From a virus, in IMG/VR virus record IMGVR_UViG_3300026488_000013, positions 103,051 to 167,050 of that record: a stretch of DNA of 64,000 bases. One strand, written 5' to 3'. The position numbers and the translations under genes are program-made. How positions within the stretch are numbered: the stretch's first letter is position 1; each line of letters opens with the position of its first letter. The notes below the pieces were generated by a model. The model saw nothing but the letters and a program-made list of their open reading frames with translations. It searched no databases and was not told the origin of the DNA. Below are positions 20,853 through 29,512 of this stretch, one piece after another.

Positions 20853-21563
20853 TCACATTTTATACTTTAAATTTCTTATTGCATCGATTAATTCTATTAC
20901 AAAACTCAAATTTCTATAGTATGGAACCTCTAGGATTTTATCTAATTCGCCATCTTTAATATCATATCCAAATATTTTATTTATTGCTCTTTTTATTATA
21001 TATTTGGCTATATTGCTGCTTGTTATATCATCCTCATACTCGAATTCATATATTATATCTTTATAATTTTCAATTTCATTTACTAGAATATCTTTCAAAA
21101 TCTCTATAATTCTGTTATAAAATCTTTCATCTATAATTCTCTTCATCAATGATTTTATTTTGAAAATTCCCTCGGTATGAGGGGATAATAATATTTTTGT
21201 AATATTTGTAGGAATATTTCCGAATTTTCTGTTAAAATACTCTTCAATCAAATACTCGAACTCTTTTCTAAGATACTCATTTTCAACCCAATTTATGTAT
21301 TTGAGTTCCACTATAAGCTCCATTATATCTTTTCCATTTTTATCTTCTATAATTTCTTTATCAGATATGATATAAATGTTAAAGTCATTGACTATTGGTG
21401 TGTCCTTTTCTATATTTATTATTGGCTCTAAATATATAGCATATATCTTTGTATTATTATCTGTTTTATATTTTTTATCTATTTTTGTCACGATTTTGAC
21501 GGTTCTAGCCATCATAACCGATATATTTCCGTAGAAATATGAAAAAAAATTAATATAAAGCAT
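20853..21563 (-). CDS. Hypothetical protein
   Basis: 236-aa ORF; start may be at the later MMAR. Confidence 0.6.
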   Translation of the reverse strand: MLYINFFSYFYGNISVMMARTVKIVTKIDKKYKTDNNTKIYAIYLEPIINIEKDTPIVNDFNIYIISDKEIIEDKNGKDIMELIVELKYINWVENEYLRKEFEYLIEEYFNRKFGNIPTNITKILLSPHTEGIFKIKSLMKRIIDERFYNRIIEILKDILVNEIENYKDIIYEFEYEDDITSSNIAKYIIKRAINKIFGYDIKDGELDKILEVPYYRNLSFVIELIDAIRNLKYKM

Positions 21564-22710
21564 TTATTCTCTTCTCCAGGTTTTTGTTTAAATATTTCTG
21601 AACACCGGCCTGGGCGAATTTAATCATGAATTTTGAATTCATTGTTATTGGACTTCCTATATTTTTATCGTTTAGGATAAATGTAGGAACAATATTTACA
21701 CCATATGATACCGCATTAAGTTGAGGTTTTACAACCTTTCCTTGTAGTTTATCATAATATGAATATTTGAAGTTATCCCCTTTCTCATACCAATATGCGG
21801 AGGTTTTCTTTAGTTGTTTCCGCAAACTCATATAATCATCTATAAATCCAACCATTATACCTACTTGGTTGTCGTGTTTTTCAAATAGTGCCCCACTAAA
21901 TGTTAGAACATATTTTTTCAAATATTTCTCTATAAATTCATCGATAGTTATTTCCCTGATTTTAATCTTATTACTGGTCGGATTATCAACTACTATTACT
22001 CTAAACTTTTCCCATTCTTTATCACTTTTTATACCTAAATATAGTTTTAGGTATTCTTTATATTTTCTAATATTACCCTTCGCTACAATCCAAAAGTATA
22101 TCAATTTATTTGTTTCATCATCCTTATATGACAAAAGATGTGTATAGTTTTCTAGAAATGGTATTAATCTGGTTTTTAATACAATGTAATCCTCACCGTT
22201 CATTATTCCATCTAAAGTATATTCGGCAAAAACATACATGAGTTCATCCAATATTTTTAAAGTGAATTTTAGATTGTTTTCTATAATCTCTTTTTTCTTG
22301 TTTGGCTTATACCATTCTACAAACGATAAAATTAGTCGATTAAATGATTCTTTAAACGAATTTTTAAGATTTAAAATCTTAGATTTTAAGACCGTTTTCT
22401 TCTTAGGTTTATCTGTGTTGACAAATTCTTGCACATATTTAGAGAACTTCCTTAATGCATCGATAAGCTTATACGTTTGGGGAGGATATACTCTGGCCCG
22501 AAGAGTAGTGAAGTCTATATTAAACATTTTTACTGTAGAAGGATACATGGATGTGTTGTGAACAAGAATATAATAATCAGATTTTGGGTCTTTGGCAAAA
22601 AATCTTTCAGTATCTTCTACAGAAATATCATATACATAATCATCCTCAATTTCTATAATTTCTATGCTTTCAATTTCGTCAATAAACCAAACTCTTCTTC
22701 TTTCTATCAT
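21550..22710 (-). CDS. polB: Family-B DNA polymerase, part 2 (IntC + second half of motif A + fingers/motif B)
   Basis: ...YILVHN|TSMYPS; motif B QGKVVKPQLNAVSYG; IGSPIT; AGGGGG SD. Confidence 0.9.
   Translation of the reverse strand: MIERRRVWFIDEIESIEIIEIEDDYVYDISVEDTERFFAKDPKSDYYILVHNTSMYPSTVKMFNIDFTTLRARVYPPQTYKLIDALRKFSKYVQEFVNTDKPKKKTVLKSKILNLKNSFKESFNRLILSFVEWYKPNKKKEIIENNLKFTLKILDELMYVFAEYTLDGIMNGEDYIVLKTRLIPFLENYTHLLSYKDDETNKLIYFWIVAKGNIRKYKEYLKLYLGIKSDKEWEKFRVIVVDNPTSNKIKIREITIDEFIEKYLKKYVLTFSGALFEKHDNQVGIMVGFIDDYMSLRKQLKKTSAYWYEKGDNFKYSYYDKLQGKVVKPQLNAVSYGVNIVPTFILNDKNIGSPITMNSKFMIKFAQAGVQKYLNKNLEKRINALY
22555..22710 (-). other. Split intein C-fragment (52 aa)
   Basis: Block F YVYDISVEDTERFFA, block G ILVHN followed by Thr+1. 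Confidence 0.93.
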
Positions 22711-22750
22711 TTGTGCCCCCTTTCTCTTTTTTTTAAAAAATGGAAATTAT

Positions 22751-23371
22751 CTATACATTAAAGCCCGGTATTTTTATTCCGAAATCATCTATTAATATAT
22801 CTAATCCGCTCCATTCGTAGAAATCATAAACATTATGTCTTTTCGGAGGTGGCTGTTTATGAATTATATAAAGTGCTGCGTCAGTCATAAGACCTGCAGC
22901 ATTATTTGCAATATTTATTAATTCATCCTGAACCGTTGTTGATGTTAAAAATGACATTAAATTATCATATGCGATGTTACCAACCAACTTGTCGTTTTGC
23001 TCATCTACCTGGAAGCAATTATCCAAATCACAGTCAACATATTTTGTATAAAATGATATTTTTTTTATTACTGCGCAAGTCTCGGTAGGGGGTAAAAATA
23101 ATTTATCTCTAAAATACGGCATTGTTTCGAACATATTATGGACGAATTGACTGTAGTAACCAAACAGTGTAGTAAATATTCTTTGTTTAAAAACAGATGC
23201 TTCTATAAATTTATAAGAATTATAAGCAGATAAAATGTTGTTTATTAATGAGTCTAAATCCTTTTGGTATTTGGGAGCTATTTTCATCCAATAATTTCTA
23301 AGTTCGGGTATGAACTTATTTTTAAAATTTCTAAGCAAGTGAATATCTTTAATATTTATATCACAAGCCAT
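22751..23371 (-). CDS. Hypothetical protein
   Basis: 206-aa ORF, GAGG SD. Confidence 0.65.
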   Translation of the reverse strand: MACDINIKDIHLLRNFKNKFIPELRNYWMKIAPKYQKDLDSLINNILSAYNSYKFIEASVFKQRIFTTLFGYYSQFVHNMFETMPYFRDKLFLPPTETCAVIKKISFYTKYVDCDLDNCFQVDEQNDKLVGNIAYDNLMSFLTSTTVQDELINIANNAAGLMTDAALYIIHKQPPPKRHNVYDFYEWSGLDILIDDFGIKIPGFNV

Positions 23372-23483
23372 TTATAAAACCTCACGAAAAAAAATGTCGC
23401 CGGATGCTCATTATTTTAGTGATAGGGCGGTTGACTGATTTAAAATGAAAAAAATATTAAAATTAAAGTTAAGAGATAATTTA

Positions 23484-24515
23484 TTATTCTATGTAAAAAT
23501 CTATCATCATTCTTCTTATTTTATCTTCTATATCTGCCGGTAATTTATTCAAATAGTCGTGTATTCTATAATCCAACATTAATACCATTTTCTCGAGTTC
23601 TTTAGTATTATTTGTTTTAGCTATTTCTATGAGTTTGTTTATAATATCATCGCTATCTAATTCGATATATTTCTCCAATTCCTCGATATTATCTATTGTT
23701 TCTTTTTTACATTCATTTATTTGCTCATTTACATTATCCTCACATTTGGTTATTTCTTCTTTTAAATTATCCAACTGTTTTATTATCTTATCAAACGGAT
23801 ACTCGATATATTCTAAATCATGTTTCATATATTCCACTTCTTTTCTTCTTATCATCGCATTTATATATTTTTTAATCAATCTGCTTATGTTGGCGTCTAT
23901 TTTTATAATACTTTTCAATTTGAACACATATGTATTTCTATATTTCGAGATTTCTTTATCGGGTATTTCTAATTTCTTGTATACAGTATAATATTTGGTC
24001 GAATATACTCCCGATGGACCGTATACGGGGTCGTTCACCTCATATTCCAATATATGTTTGGTTTTTGTCTCTTTTGTATATCCAACATATTTATCATCAA
24101 TATGGAAGAGTATAAAATACCCTTGGTTTTTATTTCCTATTATTATTTCAAATATTGCAATGTCTTTTATATCCTTATTCTTAATTTCATTATATATATC
24201 TTTCAAAGCTTCTATAGGTAGGCAATCTATATATCTTAAATATTCATCTAAATGGATTCTCCAGTCCCATTCATATATTTGTTCTAATATTTCATTTTCA
24301 AAATCTTCTATTTCTTTTATCTCATGTTCGAAATATTTAATAATTTTTTTTATATTCTTTTTATCATTTTCGTGTTTTTCTTTTAATTGTTCTATTTCTT
24401 TCTTTATATGTTTAATTTTATCCACCAATTTATCTATATCGCCAGAAATATACAATTCTTCTATCGTATTTTTTATAACTTCTAATTCCCTAAGAATTAG
24501 TTCTTTTTCCATCAT
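23484..24515 (-). CDS. Hypothetical coiled-coil protein
   Basis: 343-aa ORF, E/K-rich helical ends. Confidence 0.65.
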   Translation of the reverse strand: MMEKELILRELEVIKNTIEELYISGDIDKLVDKIKHIKKEIEQLKEKHENDKKNIKKIIKYFEHEIKEIEDFENEILEQIYEWDWRIHLDEYLRYIDCLPIEALKDIYNEIKNKDIKDIAIFEIIIGNKNQGYFILFHIDDKYVGYTKETKTKHILEYEVNDPVYGPSGVYSTKYYTVYKKLEIPDKEISKYRNTYVFKLKSIIKIDANISRLIKKYINAMIRRKEVEYMKHDLEYIEYPFDKIIKQLDNLKEEITKCEDNVNEQINECKKETIDNIEELEKYIELDSDDIINKLIEIAKTNNTKELEKMVLMLDYRIHDYLNKLPADIEDKIRRMMIDFYIE

Positions 24516-24586
24516 AGTGCGTTAATATCTATACAAACTAAAAAAGATAAAAAAACATATACGAAAAACAAAAACACGGAAAAAAC

Positions 24587-25015
24587 TTATTTTTTCTCCA
24601 TTAACAATTCTATATTATCTATTCGCCTAAATATTATTCTAAGATTTTTATCTATCACGAAATCTCTAATTTTATATCTTCTTTTAATATCCTTTAATAC
24701 AACTTCGGGCGGGAGTTTTTTGGTATAAAGTGTGCTCTTTATTCTATATCCGCCCCACACTATGTCATTATCGTATGATTCAACTATGAATCTCCCATAT
24801 GCAAATTTTTTATTTATTTTTTCAAAATCTTTATCTGACAGTCCTAATTCTTCTTTTAACGCCTTTTCTATTTCAGGGATAATATCTTTTAGTCTATATT
24901 TCGGTATAAACACATTTGTTTTAATATATATTGTGTTTTCTTTTGGTATGTATACCCCCATTATTTCTAGTTTCTTCTTGATTAATTTTTTCTCTTTGTT
25001 CTCTTTGTTTCCCAT
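24587..25015 (-). CDS. Hypothetical protein
   Basis: 142-aa ORF, GAGGAGG SD. Confidence 0.7.
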   Translation of the reverse strand: MGNKENKEKKLIKKKLEIMGVYIPKENTIYIKTNVFIPKYRLKDIIPEIEKALKEELGLSDKDFEKINKKFAYGRFIVESYDNDIVWGGYRIKSTLYTKKLPPEVVLKDIKRRYKIRDFVIDKNLRIIFRRIDNIELLMEKK

Positions 25016-25068
25016 AAGACCTACCTCCTCTAAAAATTTTTTTTATACTAAATTATCCGTAAATTAAC

Positions 25069-26307
25069 TCATATAATTAAATTATCCATTGCCTTAGCAA
25101 TCACCCTTATATGGTTCTGTGCGTCAGGTTTTATTCTCTCGTTTATAAAATCTTCAATGAAACGACGCAACCCCGCTATTACAATATTAGTAGATTTGAA
25201 TTGTTGTAATTCATCCCTAGCGGCTTCTTTTTTAAATCCTCTTTTTAATTTATTTTCATATTTTAATATGCGGCTCCACTTATCTGTTATAAGTCCGTCA
25301 AAATATGATACAAGTGTATCTACTTTCCACTCCGGGTTTGCATAATTAATTTCATCCATCAAAATAATAACTTCTGATTTTCTAGTTTTAGTGTATCTAT
25401 CAGAACGTTGTAAGAAATTCAGTGTTTTATGTCTAACTATCTGGTGAGTAGTCACTTTATCGGTTTTTTCAATAATGAAAAACTGGTTTTGCCATTTTCT
25501 AATCTTCTCGGCCAGTGCTAATTTATATTCATCTGATGATTTAGATATTCTATAATAATTGGGTATCCTGATAAAAAATAAATTCATATATTCAAACTCA
25601 CATGAAGAGTGATTTTTGATAGTCGGACTTATCTTATAAACGATAGGATTATAAAATTTCTCTGTTATCCATTTTTTGCCCTTTAATTTTTGTATTAACT
25701 CTTTATTATATATATCTTCTAAATTATGTTGGTATCTTTCGAAATTTGTAAATGCGTCCGAATTAAAAATATCGTTTAGCACGTTAGATAAATACGTGAA
25801 CAAATCTCCGACCCAGTAGGTCGGTATATTTTTATAATATTCACAAATATTTATGTTATTGAGATTTAGAAATTCATCTTTTTTATAAGCGTTTCTGATA
25901 TATTCTGCAAACGCCCTATCAGAGATTATTATTAAATCAAAATTCTTATCTATTTCATCTACTCTTGCCGCACCGTAAGGCAGTTTCAACAATGATTTTG
26001 TTATAACATGTGAATCTGGGACAATAAAATAAGTATATGTGGTTCCTGTTATGGATGTATGGCCGTTGTATATCAAATTAACAACAAAATTAAAAATATT
26101 ATATGGTTCATTTGTATTTTTAACTTCCGCATCCAAATATAAATCTAAAATATCGCCTTTATTATAATAACAAACTCTGGCACCCAAATAGTGCCATAAT
26201 TTCTTGTTCCAAAATATATATTGAAGTATATGCTTTCTATTACCAGCAGGAAATAAAAAGTTTAATACCTTTTCAAATGCTTTTATTTCTTCTTTTGTCC
26301 AAGTCAT
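25069..26307 (-). CDS. thyX: Flavin-dependent thymidylate synthase
   Basis: ARVCY, GHTSI, HQIVRHKTLNFLQRSDRY (RHRx7SxR motif), EAAR, AQNHIR. Confidence 0.85.
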   Translation of the reverse strand: MTWTKEEIKAFEKVLNFLFPAGNRKHILQYIFWNKKLWHYLGARVCYYNKGDILDLYLDAEVKNTNEPYNIFNFVVNLIYNGHTSITGTTYTYFIVPDSHVITKSLLKLPYGAARVDEIDKNFDLIIISDRAFAEYIRNAYKKDEFLNLNNINICEYYKNIPTYWVGDLFTYLSNVLNDIFNSDAFTNFERYQHNLEDIYNKELIQKLKGKKWITEKFYNPIVYKISPTIKNHSSCEFEYMNLFFIRIPNYYRISKSSDEYKLALAEKIRKWQNQFFIIEKTDKVTTHQIVRHKTLNFLQRSDRYTKTRKSEVIILMDEINYANPEWKVDTLVSYFDGLITDKWSRILKYENKLKRGFKKEAARDELQQFKSTNIVIAGLRRFIEDFINERIKPDAQNHIRVIAKAMDNLII

Positions 26308-26327
26308 TGTTAACCCTCCTTTTTTCG

Positions 26328-27854
26328 CTAAATTAAAATCAACTTATCTCCTATTTTTAATTTGCCAGCATCCTTTAATTCTATTCTTTGTTTTTTATCG
26401 TTATAAACAAAAATTGAATGATTTTCTGTAACTTTTATTACAGCTCCAGATTTTGTTTTTATTTTCAATATTTTGTATTTTCTTTTATGTTGTATTTTCC
26501 CTTTTATCTTTTTCCAAACAACATTACCATTTTTATCTAATGTTAAAGTTTCATCTCCTTCCTCAAACTTATATTCGCCAATCGGAACCTCTCTAATTAC
26601 TCCATTTTCTTTTTTAATCAATATTAATTGGTCATAAGTTAATGATTGGTCAAAATCCATTATTAGTCCTGTTATATATCTGGGTTTGGTTTTTTTAACA
26701 TATGCTCCGAATATTTTTGTTGAAAAATATGTCTCTTTAAATACATCCATTTGCGATGGATATGGGAATTTTTCATATGGCAAAAATGACCTGATTTCGG
26801 AATTATCTCTTTCGGTTAAGATATTACGCATAATGTCTTCGCCATATTTTGTTGCCCCACGGTATGCCATTTTAAACAGTGATTTGGACATTCGTCGTAA
26901 AGAATTATAAGTGTTTATAATGTCCAACTTTTTATCCAGGGCTTTAACCAATAAAGTATCTACAATGTTATAAAAAATATAATCTTCTATATGTTCTTTA
27001 TATGCCAAATCGAAATCTTTCCCTTGTGATGTTTTTAATTCAACCTTTTTAATGCCGAGCTCTTGTTTAGAAATATAGTCCAATTCATATGTTTCTTGAG
27101 TATCACCAAAACCTAACCCTTCGCCGGGCTTATACATGTATAAAATATCAACAAACATCAAATCTGGTGCTTGCAATCCATAGGCTTTCGAATATTGCAC
27201 TGTTTTAAATTTGGATATTACTTCGCCCGGGTTGTCTACTCCTAGATTAATAAGTCTGTTATAAATATATGGGAAGTCAAAATCATCCGAATAAAACCCG
27301 GCTATCGTCCAGACATTTTGCTTTTGAATTAAGTCGAATACATCTTTTATCATTTGCTTCTCTGCATCTATACACGGTTCGCCGCAGGTCTTAGCTTGCA
27401 GATTTTTATTATTCTTCGGAGTATAAATCTTTAATATTACTTTTATATCCTCTTCCGTCTCGAAAATTTCTTTAAGTTTTGAATAATGAGTATTTATAGA
27501 TTTTTCCAAACACTCTCTTAATTCATTCGGATTTTCGATAAAATATTTGTGTTGTTTATATTTGGGGTTTAACAAACAAAAAGCATAAACTTCATTTTTA
27601 TGAGAAAATGCCAATGAAATCAATACTATTGGATATTCCGCCTTGGAAGGTTCGGGAAACACTCCAACAAATCTAGTAAATACCTCTATGTCTATGTATG
27701 CTTTCCTAAAAAATTGTGGGGCATCATAATTATCTTTTTCTTTTCTCTTTTGATACCACTCCAAAGCACGCTGTCTGTCGGGCGAGTATTCTAATGAATA
27801 AAATTGCCATGGTTTTAATTTTTTCAAATTAGCTGCCATGCTCAAGACCCCCAT
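26328..27854 (-). CDS. polB: Family-B DNA polymerase, part 1 (3'-5' exonuclease + first half of motif A + IntN)
   Basis: ExoI IDIEV, ExoII GFYSDDFDFPY, ExoIII YNIVD, GAYVK, MDFDQ|SLTYD...; likely start at the second Met (MAANL, 27839). Confidence 0.9.
   Translation of the reverse strand: MGVLSMAANLKKLKPWQFYSLEYSPDRQRALEWYQKRKEKDNYDAPQFFRKAYIDIEVFTRFVGVFPEPSKAEYPIVLISLAFSHKNEVYAFCLLNPKYKQHKYFIENPNELRECLEKSINTHYSKLKEIFETEEDIKVILKIYTPKNNKNLQAKTCGEPCIDAEKQMIKDVFDLIQKQNVWTIAGFYSDDFDFPYIYNRLINLGVDNPGEVISKFKTVQYSKAYGLQAPDLMFVDILYMYKPGEGLGFGDTQETYELDYISKQELGIKKVELKTSQGKDFDLAYKEHIEDYIFYNIVDTLLVKALDKKLDIINTYNSLRRMSKSLFKMAYRGATKYGEDIMRNILTERDNSEIRSFLPYEKFPYPSQMDVFKETYFSTKIFGAYVKKTKPRYITGLIMDFDQSLTYDQLILIKKENGVIREVPIGEYKFEEGDETLTLDKNGNVVWKKIKGKIQHKRKYKILKIKTKSGAVIKVTENHSIFVYNDKKQRIELKDAGKLKIGDKLILI
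26331..26645 (-). other. Split intein N-fragment (105 aa, Ser1)
   Basis: Block A SLTYDQLILI, block B IKVTENHSIF, ends AGKLKIGDKLILI-stop. Confidence 0.93.
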
Positions 27855-27920
27855 ACTTAGGTGTTAACAAAAAAATAAATTCAAAACAAAGGACGTATAC
27901 AAAGTATTTTTATTTTTTTC

Positions 27921-28613
27921 TTAGAAATCGAAATCATCGTCTTCCATTTCTGAGCTATCAGAAATATCATCTATAACATTTTCTATTTGTTCTACATTTT
28001 TATTTGGTTGCTTGGATTTGTTATTACCCATTCTTAAATTTCCATTTTTATTTTCATCCGACACAAATTCATATTTATATTTTTGTAAATAATCTGTAAT
28101 TATAAATTCAAACACGCTTTTTAAATATGAAAATGCAACTAGTGGTATAGCAATCGAATATGTTTCGGGTGGATTTTTAGTTTTATCTATTACTGTTATA
28201 GTAAGTCCATTTTGGGTTAATATAAGATTATACGGCCTATTTGGACGATAAATTGATATAGAAATAGATTTACCATGCTCATTTTCTCTTTCTTGTATAG
28301 ATTCAGGTTTTACTATTTGTTTTGCTAAATATTTAAATCTCTTCGCAAATTTGTCAAAAGATATTATTCTTGGATATTCCTCTAAAATCCATTTTATAAA
28401 ACTTACTTCCAATGTGGATAATTTTATAGTAACCTTATTTTCAATTATTTGATTATTGTTTTCTACTTGTCTGAATATTGGAACTTTCCTATTATCTTCA
28501 ACTTGTTTATGAGACACAGGTTTATATATTGTGAGATATATTCCTTGGCTCGATACGGATACATCTATGCGTGCCCGCTGTGTTACAAACAATTGCTTAA
28601 CATTTACAGCCAT
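27921..28613 (-). CDS. Putative single-stranded DNA-binding protein
   Basis: Lies between pol genes; acidic tail EMEDDDFDF; AGGAGG SD before MAVNVK at 28613. Confidence 0.45.
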   Translation of the reverse strand: MAVNVKQLFVTQRARIDVSVSSQGIYLTIYKPVSHKQVEDNRKVPIFRQVENNNQIIENKVTIKLSTLEVSFIKWILEEYPRIISFDKFAKRFKYLAKQIVKPESIQERENEHGKSISISIYRPNRPYNLILTQNGLTITVIDKTKNPPETYSIAIPLVAFSYLKSVFEFIITDYLQKYKYEFVSDENKNGNLRMGNNKSKQPNKNVEQIENVIDDISDSSEMEDDDFDF

Positions 28614-28702
28614 AAAAATCGACCTCCTTTTTTTTTGTTCTATACGATTAATATCCATACAACTTATCAAAAGAAAAAACAAGAAAACAGAAATAACAAA
28701 AA

Positions 28703-28935
28703 TTAAAATTCTTTGCAGAATAATACCATAGAATTAAGCCAGGATAACACACAATTAGTTGTTCTTTCGATATATTTTATAATGTCATCCTTATTGCGAA
28801 AATGAGATAAATTAATGCTAATTTGTGTACATTTTTTATTATCTTTTTCAATTATCCCTACACAACAAATTGCAGCTTTTCCTGCAAAGAACTTGTTCAG
28901 ATTTCCATCTTCTTAATAATATTATCAGTGCTCAT
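28703..28935 (-). pseudogene. Small (77 aa) gene with a 1-nt frameshift near codon 8
   Basis: AAAGGGGGTG SD + ATG; adding one A gives MSTDNIIKEDGNLNKFF...VLFCKEF-stop, which fills the intergenic gap. Confidence 0.45.
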
Positions 28936-29500
28936 TAAACACCCCCTTTTGGTTTAGCTTGCAATAATAAATAAATCTCAACTCGTTATTTCCTAAAACA
29001 CCCCGTCTTCTTAAATCCTCCAATATTTTATCAGGTAGTTTTATAAAACCTAATTTTTCAAGCAATCTTATAGAAGCAAGATTGTCCATATTAACCGTAG
29101 CATGGATTGATGATTTATTCAATGTTTCCTTAATATATTTGCAGATGTATTCCAAATTTTCATGTATTATAGTATATGCAATACCATATCTTCTACATTC
29201 AGGATAAACATATATGTCAATAAAAACATTTTTATTTTTGTCTATCGGAATATCCAATCCGAGAAATCCCAATATATCCTCTCTTCCAGTTTTTAAATTT
29301 TTTATTATATATACGAAATATATTGACTTAAATCTTTTTAAAAAATTTTTATCAGCCAATCCTATTAACTCTTCAATCTCTGGTAATAATGCTCCGTGTT
29401 TTGCTAAAAAATCTATAAATTTCTCCAATCCGTTTATTATTTTAATATGTATAATATATGACCTATCTTCTAATTTAATTTCGTAAAATAATTTCATCAT
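28925..29500 (-). CDS. GNAT (RimJ/RimL-like) acetyltransferase
   Basis: IYVYPECRRYGIA, NMDNLASIRLLEKLGF. Confidence 0.85.
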   Translation of the reverse strand: MMKLFYEIKLEDRSYIIHIKIINGLEKFIDFLAKHGALLPEIEELIGLADKNFLKRFKSIYFVYIIKNLKTGREDILGFLGLDIPIDKNKNVFIDIYVYPECRRYGIAYTIIHENLEYICKYIKETLNKSSIHATVNMDNLASIRLLEKLGFIKLPDKILEDLRRRGVLGNNELRFIYYCKLNQKGVFNEH

Positions 29501-29512
29501 TCGTTTTCTCCA

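Noticed and set aside
22751-26307. Homing endonuclease between the split-intein halves
   Set aside because: No LAGLIDADG, HNH, GIY-YIG or clear PD-(D/E)xK motif seen in the intervening ORFs; a remote nuclease fold cannot be excluded without HMMs.
12567-26645. PolB IntN pairing with the RNAP IntC
   Set aside because: Both contain block B (redundant) and the product would be a pol/RNAP chimera; the 52-aa IntC restores motif A exactly.
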